Assembly: GCA_045046875.1 (NCBI GenBank)
Contig: JASFYY010000019.1
Location: 1 to 64,000 of the forward strand
DNA: 64,000 nt
DNA from: Verrucomicrobiota bacterium
GTDB lineage: Bacteria; Verrucomicrobiota; Verrucomicrobiia; Verrucomicrobiales; DEV007
Direction: 5' to 3'
The notes beneath the pieces were generated by a model. It was given only the letters and a program-made list of their open reading frames with translations. It was not told the origin of the DNA and made no database searches. Numbering within the stretch: position 1 is the stretch's first letter; each line of letters begins with the position of its first letter. Both the position numbers and the translations under genes were made by a program. Shown here one piece after another: positions 55,593-64,000 of the stretch.

Positions 55593-55749
55593 TTTTAAAC
55601 CTCAATTTAAACTCGGGCATATTAACCTATGCGGGGTTTCATTTTCAGCTGATGAAAGGCAAAAAAACCAAGGCCACGTGCTGAATCCAGCTCCGAGACC
55701 TTGGTGGAAAGCGCTTGAAGCGCATTTCAGTGGTATTTTTGCTCTGCCC

Positions 55750-56466
55750 TTATTTATTTTGAGCTTCCAGTTGCTGGAGGATTTTTTTGAGCAGTTTTTC
55801 CTGCTTGGCGAGTCTGCTTTTGATCTCCTTGAGTTCGGTCTGAACCGCAGTGGTCGCGGGCATTGCATGGCCAGTTTTTTCAGGAGTCAGGTCGATGACG
55901 CTGACTTGGCCATCTTTGGTGGTTTTGATTTTCAGATCAGTCAACTGGAGCATAGGTTTGCTTTGCCCTTCCGCATTGCCGGTGCCGAGCGAACTTCCGA
56001 AGGCTGAGGCGAAAACTTTGATGACCTGGCTCAGGTCGATGTTATTGCTAACTTCGGAACTAGTCGAAGTTGCTTTGTTGCCGTCAATTTTTGTCATTTT
56101 GCCATCAGGGCCGACAATGAAAGCGCTGGAGATCACCGAGACGGAACTTTTGTTTTCACCTTTAGGATCGATTTCTTTGGAGGTGTTTTTTTCAGCCGTA
56201 GCGATACTGCTGATGATAGTCTGTACCATCTTTTCATCGCCGAGTGCTTTTTTAAGCGCGGCTTCAATTTCAGGAGTGAGTTGGGTGGTTTTTCCAGTTT
56301 TGCTGTCAGTCTGGGAAATGGAGATACTGACCGAAGGGGCGGATTTTTCGGCTGCCGGATTTTTTGCTTGTTTGTCTTCGGCGTGAATGCTGCCTGCTGT
56401 CAGCAGGGCGGCGCAGGCGATGGCCGAGCTGAGGCGAAATTTGGTGCTTCTGTTTGTGTGTTTCAT
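55750..56466 (-). CDS. Secreted hypothetical protein with C-terminal coiled coil
   Basis: Signal peptide (IHA-E), S/T/K-rich body; start overlaps the stop of the anti-sigma gene. Confidence 0.7.
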   Translation of the reverse strand: MKHTNRSTKFRLSSAIACAALLTAGSIHAEDKQAKNPAAEKSAPSVSISISQTDSKTGKTTQLTPEIEAALKKALGDEKMVQTIISSIATAEKNTSKEIDPKGENKSSVSVISSAFIVGPDGKMTKIDGNKATSTSSEVSNNIDLSQVIKVFASAFGSSLGTGNAEGQSKPMLQLTDLKIKTTKDGQVSVIDLTPEKTGHAMPATTAVQTELKEIKSRLAKQEKLLKKILQQLEAQNK

Positions 56467-57173
56467 AGTTGTGGTTGTGTGGTGTTTGATGGTTCTGCTT
56501 GTTGTTGAAAAACGATGTGGTTGACCGGTATGACCAAGCGGCGGCCATCCTTTAAATCAGCGGTTAGGAATTGAGTATTGGTTGAGGTGTTGTAACCACG
56601 TTGATGGAGAATATTTTCGGCTTTGCGCAAGGATTGCACCGAGCTTTGTAGTTGTTCCAGTGCTGCCTGTTCGTCTCTGGTCGCATCAAAAATAGGCACA
56701 TTCATCGCAAGTGCCTGCGGCAGGGTTGCTGAGCTGGTGGTGGAGGGAATGGGCTTTGGTGTTGAATGGTTGTCGTTAGCTTCTTCGGCGACGCTGAGGG
56801 ATTGCGCTGCGAGGTTTTTGTTTTGCCCTCCCATCCACCACCCTCCAGCAAGCAGAGAGAATGCAAGGCAGGCGGCGACGGCCCATTGAGCGCCGCTGTA
56901 TCGAGCGGGTGGGGTTTGATTCGATGTATTAGCGCTTTCAAGCGGGAGAACATGGATCGCCGGATTTTGTTCAGCCAGCGCTTCGCGAATGAACTGTTGT
57001 TCGACAAAAGCAAGCGCGGTGTAGCGCCAGTATTCCGGATGTTGGCTGTCGATGTGGCCAAGCAACTCCCGTCGGGCAGAGGAGTCGAGATGATCATCAA
57101 CCAGTGATTGGATCCGTTGTTCGATTTGTAGGCCGTCTTGGTCTGTCGAGGGCATGGATTCTGGAGTTTTCAT
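56463..57173 (-). CDS. Putative single-pass anti-sigma factor
   Basis: LVDDHL...RRELL...WR..ALAFVE, one TM helix (WAVAACLAF); coupled to the ECF sigma gene. Confidence 0.7.
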   Translation of the reverse strand: MKTPESMPSTDQDGLQIEQRIQSLVDDHLDSSARRELLGHIDSQHPEYWRYTALAFVEQQFIREALAEQNPAIHVLPLESANTSNQTPPARYSGAQWAVAACLAFSLLAGGWWMGGQNKNLAAQSLSVAEEANDNHSTPKPIPSTTSSATLPQALAMNVPIFDATRDEQAALEQLQSSVQSLRKAENILHQRGYNTSTNTQFLTADLKDGRRLVIPVNHIVFQQQAEPSNTTQPQL

Positions 57174-57748
57174 AATGATTGAGTTTCCTGGCTCGAATTG
57201 AGAATACGGCGCAGCAGGCCGCGGGCGCGGGTAAGACGGTATTCGATGGATTTCAGAGAGATTCCCTGATCGCGAGCCAACTGCTGGCAATTTTTTTCCT
57301 GGCGGTATTTTTGCAATAAGAGCTCGCGGTCTTTTTCCGGCAGTTGATCGAGGGCTGATAAAATTTGCTCTTTGGATTCAATTTGCATCACCCACTCGAA
57401 AGGGGTGGGAATCGGATTTTGCTCGGGGGGGCAGTTTTCGAGGCGGGTGTTCAGTCGTTGCTGGCGCTGAACTTTTCGCCAGTGATCCTGGACTTTATGC
57501 CGGGCAATCTGGCACAGCCAGGGTAGGGCTTTTTCTTCTGATTCAGGAGGGCAGGTGCTGTTGGTGACGGCGATGGCCAGCTCCTGCATGATGTCGTCCA
57601 CATGGTGTTCGTGACCTCCGCTTAGACGTGCGGCAACGGTTTGTCGCAATTGCTGGTCATGACGGCGCAGCATCTCCATCCAATCAATAGCGGTGGAGCT
57701 ATGATGGTCGGCGGCTGCCGTCTGGGTGCTGGAATTTGGGTCGGACAT
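57170..57748 (-). CDS. ECF RNA polymerase sigma-70 factor
   Basis: DDIMQE and WL.QIAR.K..D..RK (region 2); LPEKDRELL and I..RL.RAR..LR (region 4). Confidence 0.9.
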   Translation of the reverse strand: MSDPNSSTQTAAADHHSSTAIDWMEMLRRHDQQLRQTVAARLSGGHEHHVDDIMQELAIAVTNSTCPPESEEKALPWLCQIARHKVQDHWRKVQRQQRLNTRLENCPPEQNPIPTPFEWVMQIESKEQILSALDQLPEKDRELLLQKYRQEKNCQQLARDQGISLKSIEYRLTRARGLLRRILNSSQETQSL

Positions 57749-57833
57749 GATCTCTTTACCTTTGAGTCGTCATGAAAGCAGTTGATCCCTGAGTTTTTTT
57801 AGTTTTTTTTGCCGGGGACAAATAAAGGCGCCT

Positions 57834-57871
57834 ATCTTTGAGATACAGACCGCAGCCTGCGTCTTAAAGAT
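57834..57871. other. Imperfect hairpin between the M20 gene and the sigma operon
   Basis: ATCTTTGAGATACAG ... CTGCGTCTTAAAGAT. Confidence 0.35.
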
Positions 57872-57929
57872 GCAATCGAGTGATAGGGTTTGCCAGCGGG
57901 GAACCAGCGAGTGATGCCAGACTATATTT

Positions 57930-59270
57930 TCAGTCCAAATCGGCCAACTCTTGCAGCAGCAGGCGGTTCAGCTTGATACCGGCTTCAAAATTGGCGATGG
58001 GGAAGTTCTCATTGGGGGCGTGAGCCTGGCAGTCGGGCAGGGCGAGCCCGCACATCAGGGTGTCCACACCGAGCACTTGTTTGAAACTGTCGATGATGGG
58101 GATGCTACCGCCTTCACGGATCAATACCGGATCCGCATCGAAGGTTTTTTGCAGCGCGGACTGCGCGGCTTTGCCGTAGTTGGAGTGAGCATCCATCACA
58201 TAGGGATTGCCCGCGTGACCGGCGTTGATTTCGATATTCACACCGTCGGGGCAGTGTTTTATCAAATGAGCTTCGGCCAGTTGCAGGACTTTTGCCGGAT
58301 CCTGGCCTGGTACCAGGCGGAAGGAAAGTTTGGCAAATGCCTGGGAGGGAATGACCGTTTTGGATCCTTCGCCCTGGTAACCTCCGCCGATGCCGTTCAC
58401 TTCTGCGGTAGGGCGACCCCAGCGCCGTTCGAGCGAGCTGTAGCCAGTTTCGCCAAACAAGGCCGGCACATGGGTTTCTTTCAGTGTGGCGGCTTCGCCA
58501 TCGGGTAAATCGGCCCACTGCTCGCGCTCCCAGGATTCGAGTGGTTTGACGTCGTCGTAAAATCCTTCAATGGCGATTTTGCCATCGGTATCATGCAAAC
58601 TGGCGATCAACTCAGCGACCACGGTGGCGGGGTTGGCAACGGCTCCGCCGTAGATGCCGGAGTGTAAATCAATCGACGGGCCTTTGAGGGTGAACTCGAG
58701 ACAGGCGATGCCACGCAGTCCATAGGTCAGGGTGGGAACGCCGGGGCCGACCATGCCGGTATCGGAGACCACCACCACGTCACATTTCAGATCGTCAGCG
58801 TGTTGTTTGAGAAAAGGTTCGAGGTTAGGACTGCCGATCTCTTCTTCGCCTTCAAGTAGAATAATAAGATTCACTGGCAGGTCGCCGTGTTCTTTGATGG
58901 TATCGGCGACACCGCAGATGTGGGCAAAATGCTGCCCTTTGTTATCAGTCGATCCGCGGGCGTAGATGACGCCATCTTTGACAGTGGCTTCGAAAGGGGG
59001 CGAGTTCCACAGCTCTACGGGATCGACGGGTTGCACGTCATAGTGCCCGTAGATGAGAACGGTTTTGCGCCCTTGCTGATGTTCGTTGCGAGCGATGACC
59101 ACCGGATGTCCGGCGGTAGGGTGTTTTTCTGTTTTGAGACCAGCATCGTTCAATTTGCCGATCAGCCAATCGGCGCATTGGTCAAGGTCGTCCTTGTAAT
59201 CACTGTCAGTGGAGATGCTGGGGAAAGCCAGCAGAGTGAAAAGATCGTCGAGGTGCTTGGAAGAGTTCAT
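57930..59270 (-). CDS. M20 family dipeptidase (ArgE/DapE-like)
   Basis: YGHYDVQP, ARGSTDNKG, EGEEE, SDT and HAPNE. Confidence 0.92.
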   Translation of the reverse strand: MNSSKHLDDLFTLLAFPSISTDSDYKDDLDQCADWLIGKLNDAGLKTEKHPTAGHPVVIARNEHQQGRKTVLIYGHYDVQPVDPVELWNSPPFEATVKDGVIYARGSTDNKGQHFAHICGVADTIKEHGDLPVNLIILLEGEEEIGSPNLEPFLKQHADDLKCDVVVVSDTGMVGPGVPTLTYGLRGIACLEFTLKGPSIDLHSGIYGGAVANPATVVAELIASLHDTDGKIAIEGFYDDVKPLESWEREQWADLPDGEAATLKETHVPALFGETGYSSLERRWGRPTAEVNGIGGGYQGEGSKTVIPSQAFAKLSFRLVPGQDPAKVLQLAEAHLIKHCPDGVNIEINAGHAGNPYVMDAHSNYGKAAQSALQKTFDADPVLIREGGSIPIIDSFKQVLGVDTLMCGLALPDCQAHAPNENFPIANFEAGIKLNRLLLQELADLD

Positions 59271-59353
59271 GATGTGCCTTGCACTTTCCACCATCGCTCG
59301 GGCAGTGCAAGCGAATCGCACGTGAAACCTCAAGGCAGCTAGTTGCCGCGACC

Positions 59354-60769
59354 CTATTTGACTGACAAGGCTTCGCCTTTGGCATCCTTGGCGGGTTTGA
59401 TGCCGAGCAGTTTGCACACAGTGGGGTGAAATTGCAGGCTGCTTATTTCGCCCAGATCACCGCTGGCAGGAGATCCATTGGGGAAACCCCAGATGATGCC
59501 CTGGCCATTCATGCGTGAAGAATCCTCGACCGGGTAACCCCAGGAACCAAAAAGACCAGGGCCGGAGGAAGGTTCGAACACCGGTTCGCCATCATCCGAT
59601 TTGGCTTCAGTAAAAGCAAAACCGCTTTTGGCAACGAGGATGCGATCCCCGATGCGATCAGCCGCGTTGAATTTCCACTCGGGAGGTAGTTTTTCCTTAC
59701 TGTAAGAGCGCCAGAAGATTTTTGATTTCAACTCGCGGTCGAAGGCGTCGAAGAATTTCTTCTTTTGTGCTTCGCCTTCAGGCAAGTCTTTGAAATAAAC
59801 GTGAGCGATCGCTTCGTTGACGATGTAGTCGGCCCGCTTGTTCATGGTTTCTCCCATCAACTGGGACAGGTTGATGTTTTTCTGCAACTCAGCCATGCCA
59901 TGATCGGTGGTGATGAGGACCACCAGGTTGTCGCCCGGATTGCTGAGGTCTTTCCATTTTTTCTGCAGTTGGTTGAAAAAACCTTCCAGCGTTTTATCCA
60001 AAGCGGTCATTGCGGTGATCGTCTCTTCGGCGCGCGGACCAAATTGATGACCGGCATCGTTGATGGAGTTCAGGCGGGCCATGACCAGACGCACTTTTTT
60101 CTCGTCTTTGTCTGCGCTCCAGACTTCCATCAGTTTATCCAGACGTTGCTGGTCGGTGAGTTTGGCATCGTAATCGGTGAGGAAGTGAGTCGCGGCATTA
60201 TCTCCGCTCTGGTTTTGAGACAGCGGCCAGTCGTGCACGATCACGCGTCGGTCTTGACGGGTAGCGGTGACCCAGATGGGTTCAGCGGTTAACAGGGCAG
60301 CGTCGGTGGGTTCTTTTACGGTTTCGCCGTCCTTGCGGAAATTGTCGGCAGGGATGCCGTGTTTTTCCACCGGAACACCCGTGGCCAGTGTGACATGGCT
60401 CGGATAAGTCAGGCAGGGGAACATCGGTTTCAGCTTTTTGCTCTCAGCACCTTCGCTGATGATTTTGTCAAAAAACGGGCTGTCTGCTTTTTTGACATAA
60501 TCGGTGCGGAAACCGGGAATGCTGAGCCAGAGCACGGTGTTCACATTGCTGGCCTCGACCGGTTTGTCGGGCATGGGTTCATCGGGCACTTCTTTTGTCA
60601 TCGAGTCCTTGCGCTGGGCATCAGCGAAATCTGCCAGAGTGCGATCTCCCTCCATGCCGTTGCGCTGGAAGGTGATGGAATCACTGCCGGTCCAGATAAA
60701 CAGAAGCAGCAGGCCTGATAAGAGGACGATGAAAAGACTGATTAATGAACTGCCGAGTGATCTGAACAT
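59354..60769 (-). CDS. Nucleotide pyrophosphatase/phosphodiesterase (alkaline phosphatase superfamily) homologue, membrane-anchored
   Basis: GFRTDY, P.LTYPSH.TLATG...HGI, EPIW, GH.FGP and TDHGM. Confidence 0.85.
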   Translation of the reverse strand: MFRSLGSSLISLFIVLLSGLLLLFIWTGSDSITFQRNGMEGDRTLADFADAQRKDSMTKEVPDEPMPDKPVEASNVNTVLWLSIPGFRTDYVKKADSPFFDKIISEGAESKKLKPMFPCLTYPSHVTLATGVPVEKHGIPADNFRKDGETVKEPTDAALLTAEPIWVTATRQDRRVIVHDWPLSQNQSGDNAATHFLTDYDAKLTDQQRLDKLMEVWSADKDEKKVRLVMARLNSINDAGHQFGPRAEETITAMTALDKTLEGFFNQLQKKWKDLSNPGDNLVVLITTDHGMAELQKNINLSQLMGETMNKRADYIVNEAIAHVYFKDLPEGEAQKKKFFDAFDRELKSKIFWRSYSKEKLPPEWKFNAADRIGDRILVAKSGFAFTEAKSDDGEPVFEPSSGPGLFGSWGYPVEDSSRMNGQGIIWGFPNGSPASGDLGEISSLQFHPTVCKLLGIKPAKDAKGEALSVK

Positions 60770-60843
60770 GATGTTGGCAAAATAACACCGCTATGCCTCG
60801 CCTTTCAACGCTTATCGCAAAAAAATCGACATCAGCAGAGGCA

Positions 60844-62193
60844 TCATCGGACACTTCTGTTTTTCAGCACGGCTCGTGCCACCCGCATCACATTGCCGGC
60901 GAGTATTTTTTGAATATCTTCGTCGGAATACCCACGTTGCACCATGCCTACGGTGAACAGGGGCCAATTGGTCCAAGCCATGGTTTGTGATGCTTTGGCA
61001 TTGGATCCCAGCGAGCCTTCCGGCCATAGGCTGCGCCAGGGTTTGCTGGTGCGAGGAGCGGGGCCGCCTTTTTTGTTTTCCGCCTTGCTGTTGCGCGAGC
61101 TGTAGGCCACATCGGTGCCGATGGTGACATGTTCGACACCGAATTTTTTCTTCACGTAATCGATGTTGTTCAGCATCGCGCTGATATCCCCGTCGTGTTT
61201 GGCGTTCAAAAAAGACGGGATGCAGCAGATGCCAATGTAACCGCCGGTATCGGCGATGGCTTTGATGACTTTGTCGGGTTTGCTGCGGATGTGCTCGTTG
61301 ATGCTTTTACAGGTGGTGTGACTGGCGACCATGGGTTGTTCGGATACCTGGGCAGTTTCGAGACTGGTCTGCCAACCGGAGTGAGCGACGTCGGCGATCA
61401 CGCCGATGCGGTTGAGTTCTTTCACCGCGCTGCGGCCGAAATCACTGAGCCCTCCGTTGGCGGGCTCGGCACAGCCGTCACCGATCATGTTGCGGCGGTT
61501 GTAGGTGATGTGCATCATACGGATGCCGAGTTCAAAAAAGACCCGGATGTAGCGCATTTCGTCAGGCACGCTGACCCAGGCCTGAGTGATTGGCACGCCG
61601 TTGCCGGTGAGGTAAAGACTGCGTTTGCCTGCTTTCCAAGCGGCTTCGATATCGTCCGGGGTGGCGGCTTTGACGATGAAGTCTTTCATCATATCGGTGA
61701 GATAGGTGAAATTGGCCAGGCGTTTGATCAGGATCATCGGGTCTTGTCCTTCTTCACCCGCATTTTGGAAAATGCACGATACGCCGGATGCTTGCCAGGC
61801 TTGTTCGAATTCCTTGCGCTCGACTGGATCAGACGCGCAGCGGGTCATGCCCATGTCTTCGCGCATGTCTTTTAATTCGAGTGGCGAAGCTTTGGCCGCG
61901 ATCGCTTTTTTCAAACGCTCACCGTCGATGGCGCACCGGGGAGAAAAGCCGTAACCATCAAAGACCAACGATTGCCGATGCAGTTCGAGACCGTGCTCTA
62001 GATCTTTTTTTGAAGGTTTGAGGATGTCCAGTGCTGCTTGACGGGCATTTTCTATGACTGGATTTGGCTCTGCAGTAGGCTGGGCGGCCTGTTGGGCGAT
62101 CGAGCGTTTCTGGCTGCTTATAATAGTAAGGCCTCCGCCAACGGCGGCGGCCAGGCTTTGAGTGAGGAAATGGCGACGAGCTAAAGGGGGCAT
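60844..62193 (-). CDS. Tat-exported membrane dipeptidase (peptidase M19) homologue
   Basis: ARRHFL; GIRMMHITYNRRN, GGLS.FG, DVAH, ASH and IGTD. Confidence 0.85.
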   Translation of the reverse strand: MPPLARRHFLTQSLAAAVGGGLTIISSQKRSIAQQAAQPTAEPNPVIENARQAALDILKPSKKDLEHGLELHRQSLVFDGYGFSPRCAIDGERLKKAIAAKASPLELKDMREDMGMTRCASDPVERKEFEQAWQASGVSCIFQNAGEEGQDPMILIKRLANFTYLTDMMKDFIVKAATPDDIEAAWKAGKRSLYLTGNGVPITQAWVSVPDEMRYIRVFFELGIRMMHITYNRRNMIGDGCAEPANGGLSDFGRSAVKELNRIGVIADVAHSGWQTSLETAQVSEQPMVASHTTCKSINEHIRSKPDKVIKAIADTGGYIGICCIPSFLNAKHDGDISAMLNNIDYVKKKFGVEHVTIGTDVAYSSRNSKAENKKGGPAPRTSKPWRSLWPEGSLGSNAKASQTMAWTNWPLFTVGMVQRGYSDEDIQKILAGNVMRVARAVLKNRSVR

Positions 62194-62361
62194 AATAAAC
62201 AAGAGGGTGGAATTTTAAAAGAAGCTTAAAGACTGGAAATGTGGGTGGGGGGCAGGGTTTAGTCAAATATCACGCAAAAATTGTTGAAAGTTTTTGCTGA
62301 GGTGTGCGTATTGAGAGGTATTGGTGGTAGAGTATAGAGAGAGATTTAACTTAGTAGAGTC

Positions 62362-63258
62362 ATGGACAACAAAGAAGTAACAACGGATTTTGAAACCCGG
62401 CGTCAGCGTCAGAGCAATGCGCCCTTTATAGTGACGGTGGTTTTACTGGTGCTGGCTTTGGCTGGTGCCGGAGCATTGGCGTATTATTGGTCACAGTCTC
62501 AAGCCGAGACCAAGGAGCTGAATCTTCAATTGGCCCAGCAGGTCGAAGCTGTGAAAGAGCTCGAACAGCAAAAAGCGGACCTTGGCACGGCTCTCGACGA
62601 GCAGCGCAATGAGATCGACCGGATCAAAAAAGAATGGTCGGATCAGGTGGTCAAGCTCAAGAAAGAACATCAAACCCGTATGGAGAGAACCTATGCGAAG
62701 ATGAATGGCATCGTTTACGATAGCCGCAAGACCTTGGAATACATCGGTGTTCTGGAGGATAAGTTGAAAGCGGGGGAGTCCCTGAATGAAAAAGAAGCAA
62801 AAGATCTCGATGCGATTATCAGCGGGCTGGTGGTATTACACGAGCAGTATAAAAAACCGATTCATGAGTTCAATGAGTTGAAGGCTTTTTTATCCGAGCA
62901 GTTGCAACTGCAAGGGGAGGTGTCGCCAAGTCGAAAGCTGTCGTTTTTCAAACGCATATTCAGTAAGGATTACCGCAAAGCCGAGGAATCATTCATTCGT
63001 GACCAGGGACGGCGTGAAGCTTTTGAAAGCGCAAGGGTGAAGGTGGGCGAGGCCTACGACCGGGCGCAGGCTGAGATGGATAAAGTGTCTCTCGATTCGG
63101 GGAAATACCTGGATCAACTGCAGCAAATCGTAGGTTCCAATAAAGCGGCCTCGTCCGAGGTGGCGGAGTTTTTTGAGAAATCAAAAGAGATCCTCAAGAT
63201 TCACGACAAGATCATGAGCATCGAGCCGGAGAAAGACGTCAAAGCCGTGAAACCCTGA
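62362..63258 (+). CDS. Single-pass membrane coiled-coil protein
   Basis: One TM helix followed by E/K/Q-rich heptads. Confidence 0.8.
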   Translation: MDNKEVTTDFETRRQRQSNAPFIVTVVLLVLALAGAGALAYYWSQSQAETKELNLQLAQQVEAVKELEQQKADLGTALDEQRNEIDRIKKEWSDQVVKLKKEHQTRMERTYAKMNGIVYDSRKTLEYIGVLEDKLKAGESLNEKEAKDLDAIISGLVVLHEQYKKPIHEFNELKAFLSEQLQLQGEVSPSRKLSFFKRIFSKDYRKAEESFIRDQGRREAFESARVKVGEAYDRAQAEMDKVSLDSGKYLDQLQQIVGSNKAASSEVAEFFEKSKEILKIHDKIMSIEPEKDVKAVKP

Positions 63259-63380
63259 CTCTTAATAAATAGGGGGCTGGCGGATTTTCATGGTGGTGAA
63301 GAATAAAGCGGAGGGTTTTAGCGTATTATAACGCAACTTGTGATGTGCAGAGGGTTTTGATTCTGATAGGGTCTAAACCG

Positions 63381-64000
63381 ATGCGCCTGAAATTCCAGAC
63401 TAAATTGATGTTGGCTGTGGCCTTGGTGATGGCCTTGATCACTGTTTTGGTGATTGCTTCAACCGAGGACAAGGTGCGGGAGACCTATAGCCGCCTGGCT
63501 GAAAAAAGATTCGAAGAGCAAGTGACCTCATTTCTCGAAATGAGGAAAAAGCGCCTGGAGGGGCAGATGGATTTACTAGGCAAGGTGGCGGAGTCTGAAG
63601 CGGTGAAGGCGCGTTTGGCCAGTGGAAATTTCAGCCCGGCGCAAATGATGGAATTGGGGGCGGCGATGGAAGAGGTGGCAGGCAGCAGGCGTTTGCTGGA
63701 GGGGGCGATGAAGTTTCCGCGTATGGCAGGGCGCGGATCGAACAAGCAGGCCGCTATGTCCTCCCACACCGCCAGACGATTGATTTTTCTGGTGGATAAA
63801 GCAGGGGATTTGCATCCGGTCGGGGCATCCAAGTTTCGCCGGCGACAAGGTGGTCATGATACCCGTAGACAACTTCAGATGATTGAAGGTTTCGGCGAGG
63901 CGCAGGCAGGTTATCTGGTCGTTGAGCTTGAAGAGCAAGGTAAACAACTGGTGGAGGTAGTGATTGCTCCGGTTCGGCAAGAGGCCGGGGGGCGGGTTCT
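63381..64000 (+). CDS. 5' part of a membrane sensor/signalling protein (partial)
   Basis: MRLKFQTKLMLAVALVMALITVLVI...; frame open to the window end; TM1 plus periplasmic region typical of HAMP-type sensors; output domain not visible. Confidence 0.6.
   Translation, partial: MRLKFQTKLMLAVALVMALITVLVIASTEDKVRETYSRLAEKRFEEQVTSFLEMRKKRLEGQMDLLGKVAESEAVKARLASGNFSPAQMMELGAAMEEVAGSRRLLEGAMKFPRMAGRGSNKQAAMSSHTARRLIFLVDKAGDLHPVGASKFRRRQGGHDTRRQLQMIEGFGEAQAGYLVVELEEQGKQLVEVVIAPVRQEAGGRV

Noticed and set aside
1..64000. tRNA, rRNA, prophage, integrase or defence operon
   Set aside because: None recognised by eye; covariance-model and HMM searches would be needed to exclude small RNAs

Overview
Gene-dense bacterial chromosomal window of about 58 CDS, with no rRNA, tRNA, CRISPR array, integrase or intact transposase recognised. 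Gene content (DUF1501 plus PSD1/planctomycete cytochrome c pair, Bat VWA/TPR operon, DUF1080, DUF6807, many Tat- and lipo-proteins) points by inference to the PVC superphylum, most likely Verrucomicrobiota. Housekeeping genes include rsmB, ugd, lptD, lpxA, radC, clpB, a D,D-carboxypeptidase, an Lrp plus aminotransferase pair, nadE and lgt. The most notable observations are: (1) a membrane-anchored protein made of four 108-aa STN/secretin-N0-like repeats with no barrel domain (40915-42339); (2) several small intergenic repeat elements, including a nested 159-bp double inverted-repeat cassette, heptamer arrays and REP-like palindromes; (3) two 59-aa twin lipoproteins, one absent from the ORF track; (4) a T8 homopolymer that puts a signal peptide out of frame; (5) several exported enzyme homologues missing canonical catalytic or metal ligands; and (6) a candidate nucleoid-associated HTH/coiled-coil protein. 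All family calls come from reading motifs by eye; no database search was run.
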